From assembly GCA_964637295.1 (NCBI GenBank), contig CAZWWE010000002.1, positions 43,108-107,107 on the forward strand: 64,000 nt of DNA, in the 5' to 3' direction. Shown here one piece after another: positions 31,073 to 41,436 of this stretch. Origin of the DNA: an uncultured Pseudomonadales bacterium. Lineage in GTDB: Bacteria; Patescibacteriota; Microgenomatia; UBA1400; PJMF01. The notes under the pieces were generated by a model that saw nothing but the letters and a program-made list of their open reading frames with translations, was not told the DNA's origin and did not search any database. A program made the position numbers and the translations under genes. The stretch's first letter is position 1. Every line of letters starts with the position of its first letter.

Positions 31073-32759
31073 TTAATAAAGCGAAGACGGAAATAGCATC
31101 GCCAATTTTACGAGCAGTGGTGTTTTCGGTGAAATAAATTCCCACTCGATGTTGACCAGCAGGTACATTTAATTGAATATTACCCAATGCTTGATTGGTA
31201 TTAATTGGCCATTTCTCGCCATCTAGCTCGGCTTGCCAGCCAATAAAATTAGCGACTTTAAAATTTAAAACCTCTGTTTTTGTGAAATCAGTGGCAATCA
31301 TTTTTTCAAAACCTCGATCAACAATTGGAGTCATTTTTCCAGTTGAGCCAACATCTTCTAACCAGAAGCTTGGAAGTTCTTGATTTTTAGCTAATAAAAT
31401 CTTTTCTTCAGCCATTTGCAGAGGAATATAGTCTGGTAAAGTTTCGCTCATGTGATTTTGAATTTTTTGTGCATCATCATAATACAAAGCACTGGCGTCT
31501 TTCAAAAATTCTTCTGGCTTAAAATAGGAGGCATTCATAAACAAAACAGCCATCATCAGAAATCCATATAAAAATCTGATTTTTTTATTTGTAAAAAGAT
31601 AAATAGAAAGAGCTACTAAGATCGCTAAAAATAAAGAAGTAATTGACAAGAAGCGCCAAGGAAATTGAATGTATTGCAAAAGTTGAACCTTGTCCCAAAT
31701 AAATTTGCTTTTGAGGATGCTCATAAAAAGAGCAAAAAAACAAAAACTAGCAAAAACCAAAGAATAAAAAAACAATTGGTTTTTAATAAAGTTTTTACGA
31801 TTCTTAATTAAATGACAGAAAGCTAATATCGCTAAAACAATTAAGCCTAATAATTGCCCTTTACCTAAAAAGAAAGAGACATCATCATCTGGGCCCCAAG
31901 CTGAACCACCATACTGCCACTGATCCTGGAAAAATTGTCTAATATAAAGAAAATGATGAGAATAATGAAAATAACCAGAAAAAATCTTATTAATAATGGT
32001 TGAATCTTTTTCCATAAAAGCTGGTAGCATGTAAAAAGCTGAAAGTCCCAAAGCTAATAAAAATTGACCGGCAATTGGCCAAAGTAATTTTAATTTTCTT
32101 TGATAAGCAAGATAAAGAAAAGCAAATAAACCAGCTAAAGGTAAAAAAATCATGGCAGTGAGATTGTGTGACAAAATAATGGCCAAAATAGAAATTAATA
32201 ATAGCAACAAGTATTTTTTATTTTGATTTTTCACAAAAGCCAGAATAGAAAAAAGAACTAATGGTAAAAAAGCCATGGCAAAAACTTCACTAAAAGCACC
32301 TCTTACAAAAAGATTAACGGCTCTATAAGGAGCCAAAGTATATGCACTAGCTAATAGTAAACCGCCAAAGCGCCCCAGCATTTTTCTGCCAAGTAGATAA
32401 GAACCAATGATGGTAATTAGATTGATAAATAAACATAATAATTTGATGCTAGTAACCACATCAAAACCCATTTTGAAAAATAAAGCTCCAATAAAATAAG
32501 GCAGTGGCGCGTAAAAGTTAAACAGAGGCATGCCAAAACCATAACCAAAATTTGCACTCCATCTAACTGGAAATTGCCCTTCATCTAATGCACGAGCCAT
32601 CTCAGCAATTCTGGCTCCATGAGTAAAATCGTGCACATGAAAAAAACTAGTTTGAAAAAAAGAATAACTACTCAGTAAAAATATTAAAATCAAGGCAATA
32701 ACAACAAAATAACTTTTTAAAAAATTAACTATAAATTGCCAAATTCTATTTATTATCAT
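31014..32759 (-). CDS. YfhO-like GT-C membrane glycosyltransferase (paralog, convergent and overlapping 29438-31072)
   Basis: N-terminal HVHDFTHGARIAEMARALDEGQFPVRWSANFGYGFGMPLFNFYAPL. C-terminal ANFIGWQAELDGEKWPINT...VPAGQHRVGIYFTE carries the same YfhO-type motifs. Confidence 0.55.
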   Translation of the reverse strand: MIINRIWQFIVNFLKSYFVVIALILIFLLSSYSFFQTSFFHVHDFTHGARIAEMARALDEGQFPVRWSANFGYGFGMPLFNFYAPLPYFIGALFFKMGFDVVTSIKLLCLFINLITIIGSYLLGRKMLGRFGGLLLASAYTLAPYRAVNLFVRGAFSEVFAMAFLPLVLFSILAFVKNQNKKYLLLLLISILAIILSHNLTAMIFLPLAGLFAFLYLAYQRKLKLLWPIAGQFLLALGLSAFYMLPAFMEKDSTIINKIFSGYFHYSHHFLYIRQFFQDQWQYGGSAWGPDDDVSFFLGKGQLLGLIVLAILAFCHLIKNRKNFIKNQLFFYSLVFASFCFFALFMSILKSKFIWDKVQLLQYIQFPWRFLSITSLFLAILVALSIYLFTNKKIRFLYGFLMMAVLFMNASYFKPEEFLKDASALYYDDAQKIQNHMSETLPDYIPLQMAEEKILLAKNQELPSFWLEDVGSTGKMTPIVDRGFEKMIATDFTKTEVLNFKVANFIGWQAELDGEKWPINTNQALGNIQLNVPAGQHRVGIYFTENTTARKIGDAISVFALLISCYFFYPFAKDRVPKTKK

Positions 32760-32761
32760 GA

Positions 32762-33493
32762 TTAATTAGATTTTAAAGAAGAAAACTTAATATTTAAATA
32801 AGTAGTCAAGGCTTCAAAGCAAGCTTTAATAATCACACTAAACTTGGCGCCTGTGGCTTGACCGTAAAGACGAGGATAATGCTGAACGGGAATTTCTTTA
32901 AACTTTACTTTTTGTTTTTTAAGACGATAAAGAATTTCAGCACTAGTAAAAGCACTACCTGATTTTAGATGCAGCTTTTTTAACTTTGAAGCCTTGATTA
33001 ATTTAAAAGCACAATCAATATCTTTAACATGTAAACGAAAAAGCAGATCAATATAAAATTTGAATAACTTGGCATTCAGATCTCTTCTTAGGCCTTCTGA
33101 TCTTTTGGCACGATAACCAATAATGGCTTGATAATGATCGGTTTCCGCAATAAAATGAGCTAATTCGCTCAAATCAAACTGCAAATCGCTATCAGTCCAA
33201 AAAATCCATTCATATTGACTGTGTTTAATACCAGTTTTGAGGACTTCACCGTAACCTTTATTTTTTTGATGTGAAATAAGTTTTACTTGTGGGTTTTGTT
33301 TTTGTAATTTTTCTACAATTTCTCGACTGGCATCAGTGCTGCCATCATTGATCACCAGCAACTCATATTTTGTAGCAAGTTTAGAAACAATTCTCAGGGC
33401 TTGTTTAAGTAAAATTTCTAGATTAGCCTCTTCGTTATAAACGGGAAAAAAAACCGATAGAGACTTAAGTTTTTTCATGACAACTGCTATCAT
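32762..33493 (-). CDS. GT2 polyprenyl-phosphate glycosyltransferase (GtrB/CsbB-like)
   Basis: LSVFFPVYNEEANL...LLVINDGSTDAS...FWTDSDLQFD. ~240 aa. Immediately upstream of, and co-directional with, a YfhO-like GT-C gene. Confidence 0.7.
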   Translation of the reverse strand: MIAVVMKKLKSLSVFFPVYNEEANLEILLKQALRIVSKLATKYELLVINDGSTDASREIVEKLQKQNPQVKLISHQKNKGYGEVLKTGIKHSQYEWIFWTDSDLQFDLSELAHFIAETDHYQAIIGYRAKRSEGLRRDLNAKLFKFYIDLLFRLHVKDIDCAFKLIKASKLKKLHLKSGSAFTSAEILYRLKKQKVKFKEIPVQHYPRLYGQATGAKFSVIIKACFEALTTYLNIKFSSLKSN

Positions 33494-33536
33494 ACTATTA
33501 ATCAGTTTCTAGCGAAATAAAGAAAAGGGTGAGATT

Positions 33537-34460
33537 ATGTCGATTTCAGCGGTAATCATTGCTAAGAATGCCGAAAAAATTATTAAGCAATCTTTGCAAT
33601 CGGTGCAATTTGCTGATGAAATAATCTTAGTTGATATTAATAGCACAGATCAAACCAAGTTTATTGCTCAAAAATATTGCACAGCGATTTATGATTACGG
33701 TCGTGATTCTAAATTTGTCGAACCAGTACGCAATTTTGCCTTAGCGCAAGCAAAAAAAGATTGGATTCTAGTTTTAGATGCAGATGAAGAAATTCCTGCC
33801 TCTTTAGCGACTAAATTAGTCGAGATAGACAAAAATAAGCTAGGAGAGATTTACTATTTACCCAGAAAAAATATGGTGAGCAAATTTTGGATGAAACATA
33901 CCGGTTGGTGGCCAGATTATCAATTGCGTTTCTTTAAAAAAGGCTTGGTTTCGTGGGGAAGTAAAATTCATGCCAAACCCTTAATTGCTGACGGACATCA
34001 AAGCAACGCTTTGGAAGCTAAAGAAGATTGGGCAATATTGCACCACAATTATCAAGATACTAAAGATTATTTGCTACGTTTTGATCGTTACACTGACATT
34101 GAAGCCGAGCAAAAAAAAGCTGAAATAGGTGATAAATTTTCGATTTCTCAAACAACTCTCTTAAAAGTTTTTAGCGATGATTGGCTGAGAAGATATTTTG
34201 CTCAAGAAGGTTACAAAGATGGGGTGCGAGGTTTTTATTTGAGCTTAATGCAAGCAGCCTATCAAATGACCGTGCAAATGAAAATTTTTGATCGTTTGAG
34301 TAATCATGAAAAACTGGAACTTGATAATCAAAAAAACCTAATTAAAGATTGGCGACATTTTCAAAAAGAGTTAAACTACTGGATAAGTGATCTTGAACTG
34401 AAAGAAAAAAAAGGTCTTAATCGTTTTTGGTTTAGTTTAAAAAGAAAATTCGATTTATGA
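33537..34460 (+). CDS. GT2 family glycosyltransferase
   Basis: ISAVIIAKNAEKII...ILVDINSTDQT...LVLDADEE is a GT2 core. Paralogous to 35384-36211 and 41437-42222. Confidence 0.65.
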   Translation: MSISAVIIAKNAEKIIKQSLQSVQFADEIILVDINSTDQTKFIAQKYCTAIYDYGRDSKFVEPVRNFALAQAKKDWILVLDADEEIPASLATKLVEIDKNKLGEIYYLPRKNMVSKFWMKHTGWWPDYQLRFFKKGLVSWGSKIHAKPLIADGHQSNALEAKEDWAILHHNYQDTKDYLLRFDRYTDIEAEQKKAEIGDKFSISQTTLLKVFSDDWLRRYFAQEGYKDGVRGFYLSLMQAAYQMTVQMKIFDRLSNHEKLELDNQKNLIKDWRHFQKELNYWISDLELKEKKGLNRFWFSLKRKFDL

Positions 34461-35380
34461 AAAGTCATATTTCAATCATTATTGTCAATTACAACACTCC
34501 AGAAGATACTAGAGCGGTTATTCAATCTTTAAGTCAAATTACCCACAGTGGTTTTGATTACCGAATTGTAGTGGTTGATAATGGTTCCAAGGAGCTTTTG
34601 ACCTTCAGCCAGGCTTTTCTCAAAAAAAATCCTAATTTAGATTTGCTGCGCAGCGAAAGTAATTTGGGTTTTTCTGGTGGCAACAATTTGGGTATTCAAC
34701 ATGCCATTGATCATTATGACAGTGATTATTATTTATTGCTTAATTCCGATACGATTGTTGAACAAAATTTTTTGCAAGCTCTCTACGAAATGATGAAAAA
34801 AGACCAAAAAATTGGTTTAGCTTGCTCAAAAATTTATTTTCATAAAGGCTATGAATATTTTGCAGATTCATACAGCGAATCAGAAAAGCATCGAGTCTTG
34901 TGGTATGTGGGCGGAAAAATCGACTGGACCAATCTTTTGTCTTATCACATTGGCATTGATGAAGTTGATCGAGGACATTTTGATCGTGCCGCAGAAACTG
35001 ATTATGCCACAGGTTGTGCAATGATGATTAGTCGAGAAGTTATTGAACGAGTGGGTCGCTTGGATGATCGTTTTTTTCTTTACAGTGAAGATGTAGATTT
35101 TAGCTTGCGAGTGCGCGAGGCAGGATTAAAAGTCATGTATTGTCCAGATTCGGTGGTTTATCATAAAATTGGCCGTTCTAGCGGTGGTGCCGGCTCACCA
35201 TTGCAACAATATTATCAAACACGCAATCGATTGTTTTTAACATTTAGACATGCGCCTTTTAGAAGTAAACTAACTGCCTTACATTTGATTTTTAACATCT
35301 TACAAAAAGGAAATCGAAGTGAGCGCAAAGCCGTTCTCGACTTATTAATTGGACGTATGGGCAAGCAAGCTTTTATTTAA
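34457..35380 (+). CDS. GT2 family glycosyltransferase (rhamnosyl/hexosyl-transferase-like)
   Basis: ISIIIVNYNTPEDT...VVVDNGSKE...LLLNSDT...GGFS-type blocks of the WbbL-like GT2 subfamily. Confidence 0.65.
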   Translation: MKSHISIIIVNYNTPEDTRAVIQSLSQITHSGFDYRIVVVDNGSKELLTFSQAFLKKNPNLDLLRSESNLGFSGGNNLGIQHAIDHYDSDYYLLLNSDTIVEQNFLQALYEMMKKDQKIGLACSKIYFHKGYEYFADSYSESEKHRVLWYVGGKIDWTNLLSYHIGIDEVDRGHFDRAAETDYATGCAMMISREVIERVGRLDDRFFLYSEDVDFSLRVREAGLKVMYCPDSVVYHKIGRSSGGAGSPLQQYYQTRNRLFLTFRHAPFRSKLTALHLIFNILQKGNRSERKAVLDLLIGRMGKQAFI

Positions 35381-35383
35381 AAT

Positions 35384-36211
35384 ATGAAATCAAATTTAAC
35401 TGCCTTAATTATTGCCAAAAATGAAGAAAAAATGCTGGCGGCTTGTTTGGATACTTTATCTTTTTGTGAAAAAATTATCGTGGTGGATACTGGCTCTAAT
35501 GACCAAACTGCCAAAATTGCAGAAAGCTACAACTGTCAAGTAATTAGTTTTGTTCACGAATCTTTTGCAAAATTGCGTGAAAAAGCTCAAGGTCTAGTTG
35601 AAACTCAATGGCTTTTTTATATTGATGCTGACGAGAGGGTTACTCCAGGTTTGGCTAAAGAAATTCTTTTGCATCTTGAGCAAGATGATTGTCAGGTGAT
35701 GACTCTGAGTCGAGAAAATGTTTGTTATGGAACAAAATTTAATTTTGGTAATTGGCAACATGACTACGTGACTAGAATTTTCAAAAAAGACAACCTCAAA
35801 GGTTGGCGAGGCACCATTCACGAGAGCCCTGTTTATTTTGGTCAAGAAATAAAATTGAAACAATCCTTAATTCATTTAACCCATCGTAATACTCAGGACA
35901 ACTTGAGAAAAAGCGCTGATTGGACTATTAAGGAAGCGGTGGCTTTGGAAGCAGCCACGGTTAAAAAAGTGACTTTGAGATTAATTTTACGCAAAGGCAT
36001 CATGGAATTTTATCGCCGAGCTTTTAAATATCAAGGTTACAAAGATGGTATGCCAGGTTTAATCGAAGCTTTGGTGCAAGCCATCAATCGCATGATTGTT
36101 TATATTCAAGTTTGGGAATTGCAGCAAAAGCCGAGCATCGTAACCCGTTACGAAAAAATTGAGCAAGAAATTAAAAATTTATGGAGACGTGAAGGTAAAA
36201 TAAATTTATGA
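35384..36211 (+). CDS. GT2 family glycosyltransferase
   Basis: LTALIIAKNEEKML...IIVVDTGSNDQT...FYIDADER. Stop and next start overlap as ATGA. Confidence 0.65.
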   Translation: MKSNLTALIIAKNEEKMLAACLDTLSFCEKIIVVDTGSNDQTAKIAESYNCQVISFVHESFAKLREKAQGLVETQWLFYIDADERVTPGLAKEILLHLEQDDCQVMTLSRENVCYGTKFNFGNWQHDYVTRIFKKDNLKGWRGTIHESPVYFGQEIKLKQSLIHLTHRNTQDNLRKSADWTIKEAVALEAATVKKVTLRLILRKGIMEFYRRAFKYQGYKDGMPGLIEALVQAINRMIVYIQVWELQQKPSIVTRYEKIEQEIKNLWRREGKINL

Positions 36212-37317
36212 AAATTGCCCTTTACTCTCCATATATACCTAAGCATACTGGAGGCGGAGAAAAATATTTATTTGATTGTGCGATGATTTTGGCAGAATCT
36301 GGTCATGAAGTATACATGACTTTTAGTTCTGAAGAGGAATTTCTAAATGAGGAAGCTCTTGCAGTAATTAGAAAAAAATATGAAAATTTTCTCAATTATT
36401 CTTTAGCCAAAATCAAATTCATCGCTTCACCTCTGTTTACTTCAGCTAATTTTATCAAAAAATTAGCTTGGACGGCCAAATTTGATGTTTTATATTATCA
36501 AACCGATGGGAGTTTGTTTTTTTCTTTAGCAAAAAAAAACATTTTGCACGTGCAAGTTCCACTAAAATTAGACAAATCCTCGATGTTTGAAAAAATGAAA
36601 TTGGCCAACTGGCAAATCAAAAACACCAATTCAGAATTTACTAAAAAATATATTGAAAAGTTTTGGCAAACTAACATTGATTATGTTCATCAACCCTATG
36701 TAGATGATCAAGAGTTGCAAAATCAGCAAAAAAAAGAAAAAATCATTTTGTCAGTAGGCAGATTTTTTTGTCAGCTACACAGTAAAAGACAAGATGTCCT
36801 AGTAGATTTTTTTAAGAGTTTAACAGAGCTAGATCCTCAGGCACTAAAAGATTGGAGATTGGTTTTGCTTGGTCACAAAGAAGATGAAGCTTTTGCTAGT
36901 AAAGTTAGTGATTTGGCCAAAAATTTAAATATCGAAATTTTACATAAAGCTGATCGAAGAACTCTAATTCAACTTTATCAAAAAGCTAGTATTTATTGGC
37001 ATGCATCTGGTTTTGAAATTGATGAAGAAGAAAATCCAGAAAAAGTCGAACATTTTGGCATTGCCACTTTAGAAGCCATGTCGGCTGGAGTAGTGCCAGT
37101 TGTCATTAATAAGGGTGGACAAAAAGAAATTCTTGGTGAAAGCTTACAAGCTTGTTTATGGACAAATAAAGATGATTGCCTCAATAAAACTTTAAAATTA
37201 ATTAAAGACAATCAAGAGCGAGAAAAATTAGGAGAGTTAGCTAGAAAACGTAGCCTGTTTTTTTCCAAAGAAAAATTTAAAAAAATTTTATTAGAAATGG
37301 TGGATAACAATGACTAA
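36208..37317 (+). CDS. GT4 family (GT-B) glycosyltransferase
   Basis: C-terminal EHFGIATLEAMSAGVVPVVINKGG is the GT4 E-x7-E motif. The N-terminus has the GGGE-type retaining GT-B start. Confidence 0.7.
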   Translation: MKIALYSPYIPKHTGGGEKYLFDCAMILAESGHEVYMTFSSEEEFLNEEALAVIRKKYENFLNYSLAKIKFIASPLFTSANFIKKLAWTAKFDVLYYQTDGSLFFSLAKKNILHVQVPLKLDKSSMFEKMKLANWQIKNTNSEFTKKYIEKFWQTNIDYVHQPYVDDQELQNQQKKEKIILSVGRFFCQLHSKRQDVLVDFFKSLTELDPQALKDWRLVLLGHKEDEAFASKVSDLAKNLNIEILHKADRRTLIQLYQKASIYWHASGFEIDEEENPEKVEHFGIATLEAMSAGVVPVVINKGGQKEILGESLQACLWTNKDDCLNKTLKLIKDNQEREKLGELARKRSLFFSKEKFKKILLEMVDNND

Positions 37318-38167
37318 TATTTCGGTGGTAATCCCTAGTTATAAGGGCGTGCATCTTTATAAAAAGAATTTACAGGCAGTTTTAGATTGTATGCGAACCC
37401 GCGACGAATTGATTGTCGTTGACGATGCCAGTGGTCCAGATGACGACACCATTTCTTGGTTTGAACAAAAATTTAAAATTAAAAAACAAGCTAGCACTCC
37501 AGTTCAAGAAACTGATTTTTATGTGGGTGAATACCAAGAAACTAATAAAAACTTAAGAATAGTTTTATTAGTTAATCAGCAAAATCAACGCTTTGGAGCT
37601 TCTTCTAATCGTGGTTTTGCTACTGCACAAAACGAATTAGTTTTTCTCATTAATAATGATGTCGCTCCGTATAAAGATTGTTTGAAATATCTGATTCCTC
37701 ATTTTGACAACGAAAAAGTTTTTGCGGTTGGTTGTTTGGAGCATGAAAAACATGTTAATGAAATTGGTGGCCGTAATAAATTATGGTTTGAAAGAGGGAT
37801 GTTCCTCCATAGTCGCTATAAAGATTTATCTGGAGGAGAAACTGCCTGGGCAAGTGGAGGCAGCGCTATGTTTAGAAAATCAATTTTTGAAAAAATTGGT
37901 GGTTTTGACAAACTTTACTACCCAGCTTATTGGGAAGACATCGACCTATCTTTTCAAGCTCGTAAAAGAGGTTATCTGGTTCTTTTTGAACCAAAAGCAC
38001 AGGTTGATCACAATCACGAAACCACTAATAAATCTGTTTTTGGTGAAAAGAAAATTAATGAAATGAGCTGGAGAAATGCCAAAAAATTTGCTTGGAAAAA
38101 TGGCAATCTTTGGCAAAAAATTAGTTTTATACTTTGGCAGCCTTATTGGTTGCTCAAAATGCGTTAA
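37310..38167 (+). CDS. GT2 family glycosyltransferase
   Basis: ISVVIPSYKG...LIVVDDASGPDD...FLINNDV...WEDIDLSFQ. Confidence 0.65.
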   Translation: MTNISVVIPSYKGVHLYKKNLQAVLDCMRTRDELIVVDDASGPDDDTISWFEQKFKIKKQASTPVQETDFYVGEYQETNKNLRIVLLVNQQNQRFGASSNRGFATAQNELVFLINNDVAPYKDCLKYLIPHFDNEKVFAVGCLEHEKHVNEIGGRNKLWFERGMFLHSRYKDLSGGETAWASGGSAMFRKSIFEKIGGFDKLYYPAYWEDIDLSFQARKRGYLVLFEPKAQVDHNHETTNKSVFGEKKINEMSWRNAKKFAWKNGNLWQKISFILWQPYWLLKMR

Positions 38168-38170
38168 AAA

Positions 38171-39682
38171 ATGCTAAAAAAAATAGGGCCACTTTTTTCA
38201 ATTCTACTTTTAGCTTTTATTTTACGTTTCTATAAATTAGCCGAAGTCCCACATGGCATGGCTTGGGATGAGGCGGCCATTGCTTATAATGGCTTCGCCA
38301 TTTTTACCACTAGGAGAGACGAGTGGTTGCAAAAACTACCAATCAGCTTTCGTTCTTTTGGCGATTACAAAGCACCTTTGGCGATTTATCAAAGTGGTTT
38401 TTTTACAAAATTTTTTGGTATGAATTTATGGGCGGTGAGATTGCCTTTTGCCATTCATGGAATATTGGCAATTTTGGCGATTTATCTTTTATTTAGAGAA
38501 TTATTTTTTAAAGATAAGCACCGAAACAAATGGGCACTGTTAGCTGCATTTTTATTGAGTATTTCTCCTTGGCATTTACATTATTCTCGAATTGCTTTTG
38601 AGTCCGGCCTGGCCTTAAATTTGATGTTGTGGAGTCTGTATTTCTTTTTTCGTTTTTTACGTTTGGAAAAATTACCCAATTTATTAATGGCGAGTTTATT
38701 GAGCGTTCTGGCGATTTACGCCTACCATAGCAGCAAAGTTACTATCCCTTTATTATTTATTTTTTTATTTTTTAAAAATCTAAATTTGTTCAAAAAAAGA
38801 CTGGGTGCTTTGATCATTGCTGGTGGTTTTACACTTGTTTTACTTTATCCATTTTTGCAAGATTCTTTCTTTGGAGCGGGTCTGACCAGGGCTTCTTCAA
38901 TGATTTTTGCTCAAGGTTACACCGCTTTAGAGTTATTTAAAAAATTAATCGGCAACACTTTGAGTTATTTTTCCTTGGATTTTTTAATTGCCGGTAAAAA
39001 CCTAGGCAATTACCGTCATGGCGATGGCAAATTTGGTGTGCTTGAACCAATTTCCCTAATTCTAATGATTTTTTATTTATTTTTTAAGAAAAACAAAAGC
39101 CAATTAACTCCCATAGCTTTAATGATGATTATTTGTGGTTTATTGCCAGCGATCTTGGCTGATGGACAAAGCAGCAGCAATAGAAGTCTTTTGGCTTTGC
39201 CGGGTTATATTTTGCTCACTATTTTAGCAATTCGATCTATTTATGCTGCTCTAGAAAGTCATAAAAAAATCTTTTTTAGCACTCTGATTGTTATATATTT
39301 GGCTTATACAGGACTTTATCAAGTCAATTATTATCGTCATTATCCAGAGAAAAATGCTGATGATTTTTTAGATGGCTATTTAGAAACTATGACTTATTTG
39401 CGTCACTTAGATCGCAGTCATATCAAACAAATTGTTTTTACCAATGATTATCAGCAAGCCTATATTTATGCTTTATTTGCTTTTGAAGTAAGCCCGATTG
39501 CCTATCAAGGTGGTATTCTTAATTTATTTTTCTTTACCGATAAAATCGATGTGGGAGATTTAGAAAAAACAGACACTATTGTGGTGGCAAGCAAATTTGA
39601 TCAAATGGGTGAAAGAAAAGCAGACCACGTCGTTAAAGGCAGTGATGGTCAAGGCAGATTTTTTATCTATTTACCGTTATAA
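38171..39682 (+). CDS. GT-C glycosyltransferase, ArnT/PMT_2-like (fourth paralog)
   Basis: MAWDEAAIAYNGFAIFTTRRDEW...FGDYKAPLAIY...RLPFAIHGILAI is the same motif set as the 24664-29441 triplet. Confidence 0.7.
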   Translation: MLKKIGPLFSILLLAFILRFYKLAEVPHGMAWDEAAIAYNGFAIFTTRRDEWLQKLPISFRSFGDYKAPLAIYQSGFFTKFFGMNLWAVRLPFAIHGILAILAIYLLFRELFFKDKHRNKWALLAAFLLSISPWHLHYSRIAFESGLALNLMLWSLYFFFRFLRLEKLPNLLMASLLSVLAIYAYHSSKVTIPLLFIFLFFKNLNLFKKRLGALIIAGGFTLVLLYPFLQDSFFGAGLTRASSMIFAQGYTALELFKKLIGNTLSYFSLDFLIAGKNLGNYRHGDGKFGVLEPISLILMIFYLFFKKNKSQLTPIALMMIICGLLPAILADGQSSSNRSLLALPGYILLTILAIRSIYAALESHKKIFFSTLIVIYLAYTGLYQVNYYRHYPEKNADDFLDGYLETMTYLRHLDRSHIKQIVFTNDYQQAYIYALFAFEVSPIAYQGGILNLFFFTDKIDVGDLEKTDTIVVASKFDQMGERKADHVVKGSDGQGRFFIYLPL

Positions 39683-39690
39683 TAAACTTC

Positions 39691-41421
39691 ATGGACAAAG
39701 AAATTTTGCTGACAAGCATTTTAAAACAAGCTTTAAATGTTTTTGCTTTAGATTTACCGATTAAATTAGAAAAACCAGCTGATGAGAAATTTGGCGATTT
39801 ATCAAGTAATATAGCCATGATAGCTTATAAACAAGTGGCTGATAAATTCAATTCCCCTAGAGAGTTAGCTGAAACTTTGCTTGAAGAAATTAAAAAAGCT
39901 GACCGAGAAAATATTATTGAAGAAATTAATGTGGCGGGGCCAGGATTTATCAATTTTAAATTAGGCCACGATCATTTAATAAATAAATTGCAAGAAATTA
40001 TCACTAGTAAAGACTTTCCTTTAATTAATCTTGGTCAGGGTAAAAAAGCCATCGTTGAATATTCTTCGCCTAATATTGCTAAACCATTCACCATTGGCCA
40101 CCTTCGCTCGACGATTATTGGCGATAGTGTGACTAATTTGCTCGAAGCCAGCGGTTATAAAGTTTTTAGAGACAACCATTTAGGCGATTGGGGCACTCAA
40201 TTTGGTAAGCAGATTGTAGCCATTAAAAAATGGGGCAATGAAAGTGAGATTGCTTTGGCTGATAACCCAGTTGAAAAATTAGTCGCTCTTTACGTGAAAT
40301 TCCACAGTGAAGCTGAAAAAAATCCTGAATTAGAAGATGAGGCTCGATTGTGGTTCAAAAAACTAGAAGATGGTGACAAAGAAGCTCGTGACTTGTGGCA
40401 AAAATGTATTGATTGGTCTTTTAAAGAATTTGCCAAAATTTATGATTATCTACAGGTGCAATTTACAGAAAACAATGGCAAGGGTTATGGCGAATCATAT
40501 TTTGAACCAATGCTTAAAGATCTAATTAAAGAATTAGAAAAATCTGGTTTTGCCAAAGAAGGCAAAGAAGGTGCTATTCTTTTTTTCTACCCCAACGACG
40601 AATTAACTCCACTAATGATTGCCAAAAAAGATGGCAGCACGCTTTATGCTACTAGAGATTTGGCTGCTGACAAATGGCGTAAAGACAACCCTCGTTATCA
40701 AAATGAAGATGGTAGCGCGCCTTTAGTGGTTAATGAAGTAGGAGCCGAACAAGCTTTTTATTTTCAACAACTTTATCGCGCTGAAGAATTGTTAGGCTGG
40801 TATCAAAAAAATCAAAGAGTTCATGTCAAACATGGCTTGTATCGCTTCAAAGAAGGCAAAATGTCTACTCGCAAGGGTAATGTAATTTGGTTGGATGAAG
40901 TACTAAAAAAAGCCAAAAATAAGGCTTTAGATTTTACTAATGATGAAGAAGTTGCAACTAAAGTCAGCGTGGCAGCTCTTAAGTGGAACGATTTAAAAAG
41001 AAAATCAGAAATTAACATTAATTTTGATTGGGAAGAAATTTTAAATTTACAGGGCAATTCTGGGCCCTATATGCTTTATAGTTATGCTCGTGCCAAAAGT
41101 ATTTTGCGCAAAGCTGAAGAACTCAATTTAGTTCGTACAGAAAATGCAGATTTCGCAGTCAGTGACTTAGAAAAAACTTTATTAAACACAATGAATGACT
41201 TTGCCAAAGTTGTGGCACGAGCCAGCAGTGAATTTGCTCCTCATTATCTATGCAGTTATTTGTTCGAGTTAGCCCAACTTTTTAATAGTTTTTATAATAA
41301 ATATCCGATCTTGAACAGCTCACCAGAGCGTCAATTCCGGCTTGATTTAGTCAAAGGAGTAGCAATTATCCTTAAAAAAGGCCTCAATTTACTTGGCATT
41401 AATACTTTAGAAAAAATGTAG
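39691..41421 (+). CDS. argS: Arginine--tRNA ligase
   Basis: SSPNIAKPFTIGHLRSTIIGDS is the class I HIGH region. 576 aa with a C-terminal DALR-type anticodon-binding domain (...YLCSYLFELAQLFNSFYN). Confidence 0.85.
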   Translation: MDKEILLTSILKQALNVFALDLPIKLEKPADEKFGDLSSNIAMIAYKQVADKFNSPRELAETLLEEIKKADRENIIEEINVAGPGFINFKLGHDHLINKLQEIITSKDFPLINLGQGKKAIVEYSSPNIAKPFTIGHLRSTIIGDSVTNLLEASGYKVFRDNHLGDWGTQFGKQIVAIKKWGNESEIALADNPVEKLVALYVKFHSEAEKNPELEDEARLWFKKLEDGDKEARDLWQKCIDWSFKEFAKIYDYLQVQFTENNGKGYGESYFEPMLKDLIKELEKSGFAKEGKEGAILFFYPNDELTPLMIAKKDGSTLYATRDLAADKWRKDNPRYQNEDGSAPLVVNEVGAEQAFYFQQLYRAEELLGWYQKNQRVHVKHGLYRFKEGKMSTRKGNVIWLDEVLKKAKNKALDFTNDEEVATKVSVAALKWNDLKRKSEININFDWEEILNLQGNSGPYMLYSYARAKSILRKAEELNLVRTENADFAVSDLEKTLLNTMNDFAKVVARASSEFAPHYLCSYLFELAQLFNSFYNKYPILNSSPERQFRLDLVKGVAIILKKGLNLLGINTLEKM

Positions 41422-41436
41422 CCTTTTTAGGCTATA

